DNA of 63,952 nucleotides, filler included, from Gonapodya sp. JEL0774 (taxonomy: Eukaryota), in assembly GCA_027604505.1 (NCBI GenBank). It is 4 parts of 4 records of this genome, joined end to end, with 100 filler letters (N's around TTAATTAATTAA, not from the genome) between each part and the next. Parts side by side here need not be neighbours in the genome. Positions count along the whole stretch, not along the records: positions 48,281 to 63,952 come from JADIIX010000294.1; 3 more parts are not named here. The stretch is one strand, 5' to 3'. Below the pieces are notes generated by a model. It saw only the letters and a list, made by a program, of their open reading frames with translations. It had not been told where the DNA came from and searched no databases. Made by a program: the position numbers and the translations under genes. Below, in pieces: positions 48,181 through 62,900 of the stretch (positions are counted from its first letter, which is position 1; each line of letters begins with the position of its first letter).

Positions 48181-48941
48181 NNNNNNNNNNNNNNNNNNNN
48201 NNNNNNNNNNNNNNNNNNNNNNNNTTAATTAATTAANNNNNNNNNNNNNNNNNNNNNNNNNNNNNNNNNNNNNNNNNNNNATGGGGGGGGGGGGGGGAGG
48301 GGGGGGGATACATGAGTCCTTAGCGCGACTGGGTGCCGGGTTGGGTTAGCAGGCAAATTACTCTTTTCCTGGTCCCCCGGTCGGGCAGGACGGGGTGGGA
48401 CGGTGGGACGCTGGGAGGGTCCTCGAGTGGACGGGTGGACTGTATACTGCAGACGGTGGCCATGGTCCGATTTGGGAGGGCAGAGAGAACAAGGGGTTGG
48501 ACAGGATTGACGGCCGGGGTGGTGGTGTCGGGCCGACGAGACACTGGACTCACCACGTATATCGCAACACGCGGTAGGATCTGGGATCTGGGATTGGTCG
48601 TGGTCGATGGTGTGCCGAGGTGGAGCCGTAGAGGTGTCTTGTGGTTGTGAGATGAGGGTCGTTTGTGGCGGTTGTGGCGCCCCCTGGGAGGGGGAATGGG
48701 TTGGGGGAACGGAGACGGGATGGATGGGCCATCGTGCAAACCGCACGGCCCATCGTGCACTGGTATTGCGGAGTCTGGGGTGGACCAGACCCGGACCGCC
48801 ATGACCATGTCCGAAACGGGTGTGGTTGGTGACTGGGGGGTACCCGCCTGTGCCCCGCCCTCCCCCCCCCCTATATTGTTGACAAATTCTACCTTCACAA
48901 CGGAGTAGAAATTGCTGTGCACTTTCTTTGTACTTTGTCTC

Positions 48942-50695
48942 TCAAGCAATTTCGGGCATTGCTCCCGATTCCCCTCGTCCAAAAACTCTGCTTCCCTCCG
49001 CAGTCCCGACCACACTCGTGTACCTCTCCGTCTCCTTGGCAGATTTCATCTTCTCCAGCTCCTGCGCTGCAGCCCTGTCCAGGTATCTTTGGAGTCTACG
49101 CTTGAGATCAACGACACCATCAACGATGGGCAAAGTCTCTCCGGCCGCATCTATCCAGTTGACGTTGGTGGAAACCACTTCACGTGAGGTAACCGAGTGG
49201 ACAAAATCATGCACTCGTTTGTGGAACGTGGCGGTTTGGGGGAGGAAGGAGAACAGCTCAAAGATCTGCGAGTAATAGTAACCATTTACATATTGACAGA
49301 AACCCGTCAAGTCATTAATGCTAAAACCATTCAACTCACATGAAACTGCTCCTCATAAATATCGACTTGCACGCATTCCCCTGCTTCGATCCTCCTGATA
49401 AAGAAGGCGAGGTCCTCCCCAAGAATTCGATCAACCGTCGCGAGCGCAGTAATACAAGGGGGCAGGTGACGTTCCTTGGGCTCGTCAAAGATTGGAGAAA
49501 CGAGCGATGTGGTCAAAGCATCAGCAGGGGCATATAGGCTGATCGCTGGGCATGGGGTGAGTAAGAATCGACGGCAACATACATTGGGCACAGATATAGA
49601 AGTAGCTCGCCTTTGACTCCACCATGTGAAACGATATCGATCATAAACTCGTCTTTAAGTGCAAGAGTGGGAGACGCGTTGGTGAGGTCGACCCACTTTG
49701 AGGGTTGGTTAGAAAGATTATCAGGAAAAGGCGTAAACAGCGGGATAGCAAACAACGAGCTCGGTGGGAGCTGACCACAAAAGACTTACAGGGGCGATCG
49801 TAACTAAACCAGCAACTTGCGGTATCACATCTTGATCACGGATGTACATTGCAGTTGCGAAAGTCAAGTTGCCGCCCGCTTTTGAAGCATAGGAATCATC
49901 AAGTTCACCGACGAGAACCCCGAAAGAGATTGGAGTAAGTGTCAAACTATCTCCATCCCACTCGGCTCCACTCAAACCTACTCACCAGAGTCGCCCCCCA
50001 AGCATACCTTGCTTGCCTCAACATCACTCGCTAATACGAACCTGTATGCGTTCACTGCGTCGACAATGGGCGCCGGGTACCTGTATTCGGGTGCCATGCG
50101 GTAGTCTACCGAGAGGACACGCATGTTGCTGAGTGCCAGAGAGGTGGTGATGGAGCGGTGAGTTCGTGGAGACATGATGGTGTAGCCTCTGAGTGATTGT
50201 GTGGACAGAGCGATGTCAAATGAGAAGCTATGACAGCGAAAACATTCACAGCTCACCCTCCATGGAAATAAATGAGCACTGGAGCATCTGCAGGGAGCCC
50301 CTCTTTCTCGATCCACTCTGCTGGGAACCCTCCTGTTGCATCTTCCTCTAGACCCGTCACCGGAGAACGGGGTATTTGCACTTGAGTTATTGTCACTCCG
50401 TCGGGAGTGGGATGAGCGGGTTCTGTGTTGGAAATCTCCCTGGGGATACAAGAAAACCCGAGCTCAGACAGGATTTCACTACTGAGTACGTGGAAGCCTC
50501 TAACCTAACTTGATGGATTGAAAGCACGCTCGTGTCGATGGCATCCTTCATAGCCTTCAAGGCGGCGATCTCCCTGTGAGTTGGAGGGGGCACTGTGAAA
50601 ACCAAATCTACCACCAATAACAAGATCAAGAGTCAAGCTTAAGAAACGTACAGCTCAGACCAAGATGCTGGCGCAGCAAAGCTTTTGTCGGTCAT
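48942..50695 (-). CDS. Alpha/beta hydrolase, hormone-sensitive lipase (GDXG) family; multi-exon
   Basis: VLIYFHG|GY; VDYRMAPEYRYPAPIVDAVNAY; CLGGDS|AGGNL; SPLVSPIF-like segment; QFHV. Confidence 0.85.
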
Positions 50696-51709
50696 CACCT
50701 TAGTGCTAGTTGTGTGCCGTGTGATTTGGGGTTGTTTTCGCGACTATATATATCAGTTCTGAAGGCCACAGCATGTCAACGCAATCATGAAGGCAAAATT
50801 TTATACGCGCGGTCCGCAGACTTCCGAAGCATCGGGGCAACTACATGTCACGCGGTCGGCTAACCCTAGCCATGATGATGCTGCCTTGAGGGTTTGGGGA
50901 CAGGCCCTCCCCCAACATCACCGAAGCTCTTGAAGACCCACTGATTTACCTCTGCCTTCCACGATCCAGCTTGCCGGAAGAGCTGGGCCCCCCCCCCCGC
51001 GCCCCCCCCCCGCGCCCCCCCCCCCCCCCCCCCCTCCCCCATACTGGATGTTAAACGCAAGGCCTAAGCCGTAAAGCTAGCGCTTTTGTTTTTGTGAACT
51101 ACAGTGCAAGGAGATTCGAGGAGGAGTTCTGAGTTGATCAGAAATGTACTGCAAGAACTACACATCTACAGAAGCGAGCACTGTGCAACGCGAACAACCA
51201 AAGCAACAAGTTGCGATGAGAAAAACCGGGCCGTTGTGCAGGGGGCCGAGTGAAGGAGTCGGGGTGTGGGGTGTGGGCAATCCCTGAGGTTGGCCATTAC
51301 GAAACGATTATGAGATGCGTGGGGGTGCAGGGGAGATGAGATGAAGCGCAAATGCGTATTGCGTTATCGAGTATGTAATGTTCACATAAGAAATCGATCG
51401 ACAATTATGAGACTATTACGAGATAAGGGTGCAAGGGTCCGATCATCTCGACACAGGTACCTCATCCCCCTCATAATTTTCCTTCGTTTATTACACACTC
51501 TGTTCCTGAGGTTTTATCGGGCCGAACCCGAGTGTCGTGTATGTAATAGTTTGATAAGCCAATAAAGTATTACGAGAGCCATTGGGCGATTCACTTAAAT
51601 AGACGGTCGTCCCGTTCGTTTTCCGTCCGTTCGCTTCATCACTCATTTCCAAAGGTTTTTTTTACCCATCTTCGCACCTTCTCTAAGAACACTCCACACT
51701 TGCTTAAGA

Positions 51710-53411
51710 ATGACGAACAAGACTCGCGTGTTTCTTACCGGCGCTACAGGTACGTTTCACCACATGATGTCCAACCGAACGGAATGTCCAAAGCCAACGC
51801 ACTCACTTTGAACACAACCACCCCACCCCCACCTCATTTTCGATCCCCTGCTCGTCCCAGGCTACCTCGGTGGTCAAATCCTCGTCGACTTCCTCGCTCG
51901 CAAAGATGCCGACAAGTTCGTCGTCGCCACTCTGGTCCGGGGATCCGACAGAGCTGCCACCCTGGAAAAGCTCGGGGCGGTGCCCGTCTTGGGGGATCTG
52001 AACGACTCCGAACTCATCAAGAGAGAGGCGAGTGTAAGCGATGGTGAGTTTTTTTCTGTTTCTCTGCGGGTTTTGGCGGTGACCACGTATGGTGAGCTGA
52101 CCAGCGATCTGCTCCAGTTGTTATTCATGCGGCCGACGCTGACCATGTCCCAAGTGCGACGGCTATCATCGAGGGCCTCCGTGATAGGAAGGTAAAGACA
52201 GGGAAGAAAGGTATCTACATTCACGTGAGTACCTGTTTCAGTTTGTTGTTTGGATCCAATGGGATGGTCGGTGTATCTACCATCCTCCAAATCTTCATTT
52301 GATTAGTGCTGTGATTACAAGAGCTAGCTACTAATACACACGTGCTTGCGTGCACATGTCACCCTCACCCCACAGACCTCGGGTTCTGCAATTTGCTGGG
52401 ACATCTCCTACGGCAAATACATCTTCCCCAAGATATACTCGGACCTGGACGTCGAAGCCATCGACGCTTTACCGGACACAAATCTGCATAGGAACGTGGA
52501 CCTGATCGTGAGGAGTGCGGGAGCGTCGGGTGATGTGGACACGTACCTCGTGATTCCTCCGACGATTTGTGAGTAACGATGGTCCAACTGACTGGGCTAT
52601 TTTACACATGGTCTGGAGCATCTGACCCAATCTTGTTTTCGTTCTTGGTTGTTTTTTTTAAGATGGAGTGGGCGCTGGTACGTCTGCTGATCCACACTCG
52701 AAGTTGTGTCTCTCGATCAAAATGTCCAATTCCACACCCTGCTCCCACTGACCGACCCCTCACAGGCCCGTTCCACAAGACGTCTATCCAGATCCCGGCT
52801 CTGATCCGCGCGGCGATCAAGGCTGGCAAGTCCCAGTATGTCGGAGAAGGCGTGCCGAGGTGAGAACCGAGCCCTCGCCCACGATCCTCTCTTTCCATTG
52901 AAAAAATAGTTTCTTAGTGTGTGCTTCATGGTTTCGTGTCTTTCTTCAGATGGTCCAAAGTCCACGTTGCGGACCTATCGAACCTCTACTCGCTCATCGT
53001 GGATCACGCACTGGCCCACCCGGACCCGTCCACCCCGCACCAGTTTCAAAACTACTACTTCAGCGAAACGGGAGAGTACTCGTGGAAGGAGGCGGCTGAC
53101 GCCATCGGGAAGGAACTGGTACTCAGGGGAAAAGTGAAGAGTGGAGAGAGCACGTCGTTTGAGAACGAGAAAGTTGTCGGGGAGTTGCTGGGCCCGTACG
53201 GGATGGTGGTGTGGGGGTCGAACTGTGAGTCTCGCCGCGATGAGTGTCAGGGCTGCATCACTCAATCATCATCATTTGGTTTTACTTTTATTTTGCAGCG
53301 AGGACTGTTGCCGACAGAGCAAGAGCTCTGGGATGGAAACCGCTCCATGGGGCTGACTTCTACAAGTCGATCGGGGAGGAAGTTGAATACATCATCAAAA
53401 ACGAAGCTTAG
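51710..53411 (+). CDS. NAD(P)-binding atypical SDR / epimerase-dehydratase family protein; multi-exon
   Basis: MTNKTRVFLTGATG|YLGG; YIH|TSGS; VIPPTI|YG; GPFHKTSIQIPALIR; WSKVHVADL; ARALGWKP. Confidence 0.88.
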
Positions 53412-53604
53412 ACTGTAGGCCACTGAGAAATTTATTAGGGAGAGACTGTAGGTGGGAACATTTGTAAAAGGATTTTATAGAACAAAAGTTTACGTCCTAA
53501 AACCTCGCAAGTAACGTAAATGCAGAACTTTCGGCAAAGATACTCTCAGAACTTCCACTAGACGAGTCGAAGACCTACGAACCTGGTAAAAGACCTGGAC
53601 TTCT

Positions 53605-55566
53605 TCAGCTTAAATCGGACGGCCGCAACTCACTGTCGATGACCCCCGTCCCCTTGGACACACCTCCCTCGTCCGAGTCCGCTTCTTTGCTCCTTACCAG
53701 ATACCCAGCTTCTTCGTTGAGGATCACCTGGTCTCCCTTGCTGATCCAAACTCCGAAAATGCCCAACTCACTCACTGCTGCGACATGAGACGACTTGCCC
53801 GAGCGAACAAATATAGATGGGTGTGCTGGACAGTTGATTCGGTCCATGAGAATGAAAGCACGGTGGGAGGTTGAAGGAAGGGAGGCGAGAAGTGGTGGGA
53901 TTGACCGACCATACACGTTGTTGCCTGACAAAGGTGGGTTTCAGGAGTACACACACGACAATGAGCCGCAGACTCGCCATCTCCCAGATAACAACGTGTC
54001 TCTCTCACCTCCACCTTCTCTCTGTGGTTTGAGTACGTAATTGGTGGGGTTCTCTATACACTCCCTCACCGTTTGCCGAGACAATGGAGTTTGGTCGATC
54101 GGATAGAGTCCCGCCATCAGCGAACGCAATAGAGCAGAAGAAGACGCATCGCCTGACAAGAGCCTATCAGAGTCATTGGTGAGCATCACAACTTGCGCAT
54201 CGCACAAAAAAACCTTCCAAACACACAAACCTCTCCACGACCCCCTTTTCAGACAACATTTGCTGTGCTTTCTTCGTTCCGACAAGCTGCATTGCGGCGC
54301 TTGGGCAAGTAATGCACCTGCCACGTTCGAGGAGGAGGCGGGCGTGCCAGCAAAGGTCTTGGTGATACTCGTAGTCCGAAGGAGAGTAGCCCGCTCGAAA
54401 ATAGGCGACCGTTATTTCATGGGACTTACTGCAGGTTATGTGAAGAGAAAGAGTTGGAAAAACGGGCGAAGGGAAGGCAAAGTCTCGCAGGTGAGCCTCA
54501 CTCACAACAGGACTCGTCGCTCAAATCCGACTGTGATCGCCTCACTTCCAATTTCCTGCAAAGTACCGCGCACGACTTTGACTCCGTGCTTTTCCCACAA
54601 CTCGTGCTCTATTCCACGCTGGTCGAACATGTTCCATTCATTTGGTTGCACAACAAACAAGACGGCTTTTGAAACGAGATCAACAATGCTGGCAGAACCT
54701 CCCACAGCAAAGGGTGGCTCCGTTCGTGTGATTCCACCTCCGCTAGAAAGGTACAGGGAATGAGCGGTGGCGATTGCGGAGGGGATTGCGCTCCGCGAAC
54801 TGTTTGGTGGTATAACTTGCGGATGAATCTCTCGAATGAGTGGATGATCAGAAAAACGTAAGGAAATAAATCTAAGAGTACCACACGGGGTTAGTGTGTC
54901 TCGAGTGGAAAAATTCGGATTCACACCACTGGCATATGTACCTGTGCATATCCGCGGCGAGAGACCCCAGATGGCTGAGACCGGCCGCAAACGTGTTGAT
55001 TTCCACATTTTTCAGTATAGGAGGTATCTCCTTTGAGCTGTCATGAAGCATATAGTCGACGCGATGGATTGCGAGCTCCACGTTCTGGAAAAACGCCGAA
55101 TGGCTGATGTAGTGCGAATGTTACTTACGATACTATGCGAGGGAATTTCTCACCAGAATTCGTTCTGAGACGGGAGAAGCTCTGTATACATCGTGAATGC
55201 GTTGGGTAAAAGCGTCGGTCCCCTCGAGCCTTTTGAATGGTGTGAAATGGTTCGAGGTGTGAACTCATAAAGCAATCAACTGGCATGCATGAAAACTCAC
55301 TGGTCGACAATACTATTCACAAAATGTTCGTCGGCAGCCGCGGCGCTCATTAGCGAGTTCCAGGCTGTCTGTGCCCTCACCACATACTGGAATTGATTCC
55401 GTGACAAAGGGGATGGAAGTAGGGCAAATGGAAGATGGAGGGCTGCGAAGCTCGAATCATCAACAAGAAAGGGGCGGCGAGCGAGCCCATGCAACAGAGC
55501 CCAATCGACAGCAGATGCAATGAGGGAATCGATATCATCCGATTGACCAGTCCGGTTTTCCAGCAT
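53605..55566 (-). CDS. GSH2: Eukaryotic glutathione synthetase; multi-exon
   Basis: HLPFALLPSP; LAIHRVDYM; VEINTFAAG; VQPNEWNMFDQ; VAYFRAGYSPSDY; QLVGTKKAQQ; YVLKPQREGGG|NNVYG; SELGIFG; EGGVSKGTGVIDS. Confidence 0.93.
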
Positions 55567-56071
55567 CTGTTCGCGGTAAACGATGAAACGCGCATGATAA
55601 AGTTTGCGAGTTGCTTTTTAGACGCGGAGCTGCTCGGAAGAAGGAAGAAGGTTCAGAGTAAAATGGGATTCGGATGGGTGTGGGGAAGTTCCGACGGAAA
55701 AATCCAAGGAATGCACAATTCACACATCCAAAAAGAGAGAGGACACGCAAGTGAAGCAATATCACTCCTACTTCTCAAGTCATCAGCCAGTGGTCCCGGC
55801 TCACAATATCATGTAGCTGGTAGAAACTCCCCCTACCACGTTCCCGCCAACTCAGGAGGCCAGCTCCACTCCCATTGTGTTAATTATTCAGACTTGGATG
55901 TGTACTGTGCGAAAGAACAACGGCAATCACATATTTGTGGATCTAGCGCATCCAAGTTTGTAAAGAATATACATAAGAATTCTGGCGTCCAAACACCAGA
56001 ACATAATTTAATCCGAGTCCTGCGCAACAGGGATTTCACTCTGCATTCTAAACTCCCGACAAAATTCCCCG

Positions 56072-59000
56072 TCATTCGATGATCTCCTTCATTGCCGGGC
56101 ATTCCCATACATCGCTTGGATCCCTGCAGTCAAACAGTATAAAACGACATTCAAACGTCACTGACTTCCCAACGCGCGAAGAATCAAAACTATCACAAAC
56201 CTGAATAGCTTCCATATCCCTCTTGGAACACCATCAAACGCTTTCTCCATGCGTTCCCGCAATCGTTCAGGATCGAATACGTGCGGCGATCGAGAAGGAG
56301 AATCCCCATGATTGGAAGTGGCTGAGACGTCGCGGATGAGAATGCACCCAACTTGCGAAGGGAAATTTCGGTAAGTCGAGGCATAGATTCTGTATGCCGT
56401 TGGCAGAGGCACGTGAGCAACGTAAAAAACATCCGATGATTTCAGTCTTCCAATCACCCACTTACCCAGCATCATCCTCTCCAGAATCGCCGACTAGGAT
56501 GAACTTTCTCCCCGGAAACTGACCCATCATCTCTTTCACTTTTGCCTCCTTGATTTTCGGTCCTCCCCCACCCATATCCCACCTGGTACTCTCAGACAAG
56601 CCAAACCGTCTCAAATGCATGGTACCAGGCGGGAAGCCATTTGTAGCGAGAAATTCCGTGAGGTGCGAATGGAGTTGATGAGGAGAGGAAGAAACGTAGT
56701 GGATAGAGGCGCCTTTCGCATGTATCCTTCGGTAAACCTCAGCCATACCGGGAACCGCAAACCAGGGCTGAGATAAGGCGGTAGCGAGTAATGCACGGGT
56801 GCCGAGGGCAATGTGCGAGATTTTGACAGTGTCGTCGAGGTCCGAAATGAGCGAGAGTCCGCTTGGGGGGATGAGGTACAGGGGTGCGGTGACAATGAGC
56901 CCTAATATAGGCAGGGAAGTTGAAGGATCGTGCAGATCTGCAATCAGGCGACCACCATCTCTACGTACCTCTACCTGGCCTAACTGTTCCGGATTCCAAG
57001 ACAACAGGACGTCCACTCTCCCACCTTCCACCAATTACCGTCTGTTCAGGCCCACATATCCGTGCGATGTCTAGCCCACTCAATCTAGTTTTCCCTTCCA
57101 ACCAACCCGATGATGTGGACTGAACTTCGACACACGTGAGGGAAGCCCGAATGGGAATGATTGTTTGATGTACTGACGACGACGATATACCAGAGATTGT
57201 GGTCGCAGCGAGCGAAGGTGGACGCGTGGGACGCTCGTTTGTTTGACCCTCCGAGCGCACCTTACCACCCTGAAGGTTTAAGTCTGCTAATCTTCCGTTC
57301 TCCTTCGACGCAGTCAATGCTGATGCCAACGGAGTATCAGCTGTTTCATGAGCATTCTTGACATTCAACCCTGCCTCCATCGTTTCGGATTCTCCCAGCG
57401 CTGTGCCAGCCATAGTGACGGCAGATTCTCCAGACATTACTGCAGGCACAGCCAGACCTACAGGTGCGAGCAGTAGGGAGTCCGGTTCATTGTCAGATGA
57501 GGGGACGTCAGCCGATCCACTCGATGATTCGAGGCTGGCAGAGTTGGCTGGTGTCCAGGGGACCTCCATGGGCGGCATAGGAGCATACGCAGCAGGTACC
57601 TTGAGGCCTTTTAATTTTCGCAACGAACTGAAAGACGAGGCTGACAACGACCTAAAAGACTCTTTTGCCGTCACAGACGACTCGGATAATGAAGGAGAGC
57701 GAGGAGTGCCGAGAATGCGGCGGAGAAAAGAAGGGGCGGAGGACGAAGCAATGAAGGAAGGCACCGAGAGGTCGTGCTGGGTGTCAGGACGTGAAGCGGT
57801 GGGATGGGGATGATACATTGTTTCTTCACCAAAGAGCCAGGGCTCGTAGGGAGTAGCGGGACTGAGCGAACTCGGATTCGATGGCAATCTAGGTGTGAAG
57901 GCAATGTTGATGAAAACGGAAGCGTTTGGTACGGGAGACGCCAGAAATCTGGCCACAACAACTCTAGTATGAAAACTTTAGTCCTCCAGTAAGAACTGAA
58001 TGAGAAGACGCACCGATCCATCCTGCCCAGGATTCGCTCTCTCGTGTTCGGAGTCACCAAAGCTCCATCAAGAGGTGGCATGGGTTGATCCTCTGGAGAA
58101 AAGACATTGGGGTGCGAAAAGGAAGACGATGAAGACGGCATTAGTCCGACGACGAGCGGACCGAAGATCGTTGCTGCCTAGAAGATTGGTTATAAGGGAT
58201 GTAAGGTCAGGGTGAGTTGAAGGGAGTTTCAACGGACACGTCGAATGATGGTGGATGATATCATCAGAGATACGGTAACAGAACTCACCGGACCAGCTGG
58301 TGGCTGTGGGGATGGGTAACGATGAATCAATCAAAACTACCTACGATTCCTATATAACTCTGCACCTTTTTAAAAGTCCATCCTCGAATTTCAAGCTCCC
58401 AATCATCTGAATCCGGCAAATAGTACCCATAGGTGGGGTAAAGGACACTAGTCACATGCACAGGTTTGTATGAAATAAAAAAAAAACCCATCTCGGTAAC
58501 ATTGTAAAACGAACCAGTTGTTCGGCAAAGAAGGAGGTGAGAAATCGAGTTCGACAGCGTATGTGTTGCAGACGCTGAGAGACTGATCCTCAGAGACAGA
58601 CGAGGGATTAAAGAGCAAGCGAATTCCAGGGGCAAGAACGAGCGAGGTCGTTGGGGAAACCGTACTTGTGCCAGAGGGCGGTGGGGCTAACGAGGATGTT
58701 TCCGACATTTGGGTGGATAAGGCAGCGAGTTCTGCAAGTTTCGAGCAATCAAGGAAGTCATTTTGCAAAATCAAAGGGGGAGTAGTGGAGGGCCGGGCTG
58801 CTGGGGTGCCCGAGTGCACAGAGGGAGTGGAGCTTGTGGAGTGCGCGGATGGTGTTGGTCGTGCAGAGAAGAAGCCAAAGTAGTCTGAAGGGTCGCTCAG
58901 CTGAGGTGACGTACTCACATCCAGCTTCTCGGAGCCAGATGTTGACACTGTTGCGGCCGGGCTCGACAACGCGTGCTGGTGTGTGATTTGAACAACTTGA

Positions 59001-59215
59001 GTTGTTGCTGCAGTCGCCGAGTAGTGCCTTCCACCAAAAAGACTGCGCATGGTCCGCCGAATGTGAAAGGGAGATTCCACACGTGGTGATGCAGAGGCTT
59101 GTGGCAAGCGGGATGGATCGCCATTGTCAGACAAGTGATTTCTCGCATTCTCCAAAACTCCCTCCACTAGAAGTGGTGGATGTGGATTCAATCGCATTTC
59201 CACGGCCTCGTTCAT
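56072..59215 (-). CDS. App1-family phosphatidate phosphatase (DUF2183) with a long low-complexity N-terminus; multi-exon
   Basis: VLYPTYGY...WELEIRGW; LISDLDDTVKISHI (DxDxT); PGMAEVY; HYVSSSP; FPGRKFILVGDSGEDD; CILIRDV. Confidence 0.85.
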
Positions 59216-59990
59216 TCCCAAATCTGAATCTCGTTTGCTGAAGTGGTGGATATAGATAACGAAGAAGGCCTTGAGGATTTGGTCGGAGAAATTTCGTGTG
59301 CAGTCGGCCCCATCCTATTCGATTCCCAAGCGTTCATTTCAAATACAAATAAAGATCGTGCTAATAATTAATCCTCGTCAGTCAAATTGTTATGGGCAAT
59401 ACTTAAGGTCACGAAAACTCTTTGATTCGCTGGGTGAGGACGCCGAGCGTAATCAGCCCTTCCCGCCCAAGGTTGCACGCTGTGCGTCTATGTAATCTGG
59501 CCGATGATAAAAGACCGCTGTTGTGGGACGCAGCATGAGCTCTGGTTTCTTTCAAAGTACTCGATGCGTACTGTGTTTTGAGTGAAATATTTTCATACAT
59601 AACCGATTGCTGACTCTTACGGCTGAACACCGAAATGGGCTTTGTGAAGTCTCTCACATACTTGAGGGTTTCAAAATACTCCAATCCAAAAGTGTATATT
59701 GGCAAAAACGGCGCGGCATCAAATCGCCGCAACTGTGTGTTCGCAAGACGCGACTGCGTGGTGTTGTGTCTATAGGTGTCTGGGACAAACAAGATGCTTA
59801 CATAGTCACGGTATACGCAAACGCTTATGAAATGTTTTTGCGCTATCTAGGAACGTGGTATTTTCCGTCAGGCTGTTTAGTGTTCTTGGGAACTGGCACT
59901 AGCATTTCGTGGGTACCTTGACATGTGCACAGGGAGGTGGTAGGGGGCAACCACACCACAACAACAGGAGATTCTCCGAAAAGCACGATC

Positions 59991-62900
59991 ATGCTCTGTT
60001 TTGCATCCTGTTTCAGGTCACACTCACCTCCTCCATCAAAATCTGTGTCCCATGTCCTCCTCACTCCCCTTCAACCCAAGACTGCTCCTACCGACCAGGA
60101 CTCCACTGTTGCTAACCCTGCCCAAGACCTGTCGAATGTTGACGCTCCCGCCCAGGTACTTGTCGCAACCACCTCCCTTGTTCTCCCCAAGAAAACTTCA
60201 ACGAAAGCCCAAGGGACTGCTAGAGAAGACCAGGCTCAGCTTAGACCGATTGATGAATTTGAACGCTTCCAAGCCATGGTTGTGACCAAACTTCCGCCTT
60301 TGTGGGAGATTGAAGCGAAGGACATAACATGCACATGGCACCCCAAGAAGGACAAAATCGGTGAAGGTGGATATGGGACTGTTTTCAAGGGAACGTGGCT
60401 CGGCCACTTACCTGTGGCTCTCAAAACCGCCAAGTTCCAAGATGGTTATGATGGAAAGGTGAGACTCCTTGATGCCCTTCCCGATGACCCTGTGTTCACC
60501 CATTAGGAGCAGGCTTTTGACCGCGAAGCGTCTCTGTGGTTTCGATTGTCATCACCGCACGTTCTCAATTTGCACGGCATTGCCAGAACAGCCGATGCTC
60601 TGGTCTTTGTGTGTCCCATCCTCGAGAATGGAGACGTAAAGCACTATCTAGATCAAGAACGGTTTTCAAACATGCATGCGCGACACCAAGAAGTGCTGAA
60701 GCTCGTGAGTTGCTACTTCCGCGCTATCTCCAGAGGCATGTGTTCTTGTTCTCAGTCTCCGTCGCAGCTTCTGCATTTCGCTCGGGGTATCCAATATCTC
60801 CATGAACGGAGAATTGTTCATGCCGACATCAAGCCACCAAATCTTCTGGTAGATGGCAAGGGCCGAGGAGTTATTGGAGACTTCGGAGTGTGCAAAATCC
60901 TCCCTCAAACAGGCGTTCCCGCACCGGACGGGAGCTCATCAATCGACCCCAATGACCTTATTGATGAAATCACTGGGAACCGTGGGGGGACACCTCGCTA
61001 CATGTCTCCCGAGCGTCTACGTGGAGAAGGCACCACGGAAAAGGACGACGTCTATGCATTTTCACTCATTATCTATGAGGTAGAGAGGAGGATGCGATAT
61101 TAACCTGTGAACTTCATTTACTTATTGTGGAATCTACAGCTGTGGACTTCCAAAAACGCCTATGATGAGCTTTTACTCCTACCGAATACGCAGAAAGATC
61201 TGATTTATCAACTTTTAACCTCGAGTCAATCATACCTCCGCCCTCGAGTAGACAAAAGCACCAACATGCCCGTTGAGCTTGAACGGCTCATGGAACAGTG
61301 CTGGGCATATCACCCAGACGATAGGCCACTCTTTGTTGAGATTGTCAAGAAGCTAGAAGAGATGGTGTGAGTTTCTGTGTGTTGCATTGCTTCCTTAGAG
61401 CACACTTTCATCAAAACGGTTGCTCCAGGCCACCAAGCCCAGACCACGCTGTTCAGGACGCAACTATTGCGGAACTAGATTCGCCATCAACGTTGGCTGC
61501 AGTCTTCGAGCTTGCTGGAAATTTGAGATACGGTCGTAATGGAAAGCAGCAAGATCTCTGGAAGGCGGCTTACCTGTATGAACGTGCTGCCACAGAAGGA
61601 CATGAGCTGGCGCAAGTTGAGCTCTCTTTCTGCTACGCTCGTGGACTCGGGGTTATCCGAAAGGATCTAACTCAAGCGTTCACGTGGTGCCTTCAAGCAG
61701 GCAACAGTGGCAACATGTTGGCACAAAATACACTGGGAAGGTACTACTATTATGGAGAAGGAGTCGCACCCGATTTCTCAGAGGCAGTCAAGTGGTGGAG
61801 GAAAGCTGCAGACCAGGGGTACCCTAATGCGCAGACCAACCTTGGTAACTGCTACAACAAAGGAGAGGGTGTGGAGAAGGACCTCAAAGAGGCGGTCACT
61901 TGGTACGAGAAGGCAGCAGACCAGGGGTACGTGGCTGCACAGCTCGAACTTGCTAACTGCTACTACAATGCGCAAGGCACGGATCAGGACTTGGTAAAGG
62001 CGGTGGAGTGGTACAAAATGGCCGCAGATCAGGGATATGCGGCTGCGCAGTTCAATCTCGGTAACTGCTACAATTACGGGCAGGGAGTCGAGACGGACAT
62101 GGTTGAGGCGGTGAAGTGGTACAGGAAGGCCACGGAACAGGGACATGCGGCTGCGCAGTTCAACCTCGGTAACTCATTCTTCAACGAACAAGGCGCCGTG
62201 AATTTGACGGAGGCTGTTGAATGGTGGAGGAGGGCTGCAGACCAAGGCTTTGCCTCTGCACAGTTCAACCTTGGTGTTGCCTACGCAACCGGGCAGGGAG
62301 TAGGAGTGAACTTTGGAGAGTCAGTTGTGTGGTTCAGGAAGGCGGCAGATCAGGGCAACTCCTATGCGCAGGTTGACCTTGGTAACTGCTACTACAACGG
62401 GCAGGGAGTGAAACAAAACTTTGTTGACGCGATCAAGTGGTACAGGAAGGCCGCAGACCAGGGCGAGGCGGCTGCACAGTTCTACCTCGGTGTTGGCTAC
62501 GCAAACGGACAGGGTGAGGAGAAGGATCTCAAAGAGGCGGTCACATGGTACCGGAAGGCCGCAGATCAGGCCCACGTGGCTGCACAGCTCGCCCTTGGGA
62601 ACTGTTACTACAACGGGCAGGGTGTGGATCAGGACTTGGGAGAGGCTGTGAAGTGGTTTATGAAGGCTGCAGACCAGGGATATGTGGCTGCGCAGTTCAA
62701 CCTCGGTGCTTGCTATGTGAATGGGCATGGTGTGAAGCAAGACTATCGTGATGCAGTGAAGTGGTTTGGGAAGGCCGCGGACCAGAATCACGCAGCTGCG
62801 CAGTTAAACCTCGGTAACTCTTACTACAACGGGGTGGGTGTGAACAAAGACTTGGGAGAGGCGGTAAAGTGGTTTATGAAGGCTGCAGAACAGGGGAAGG

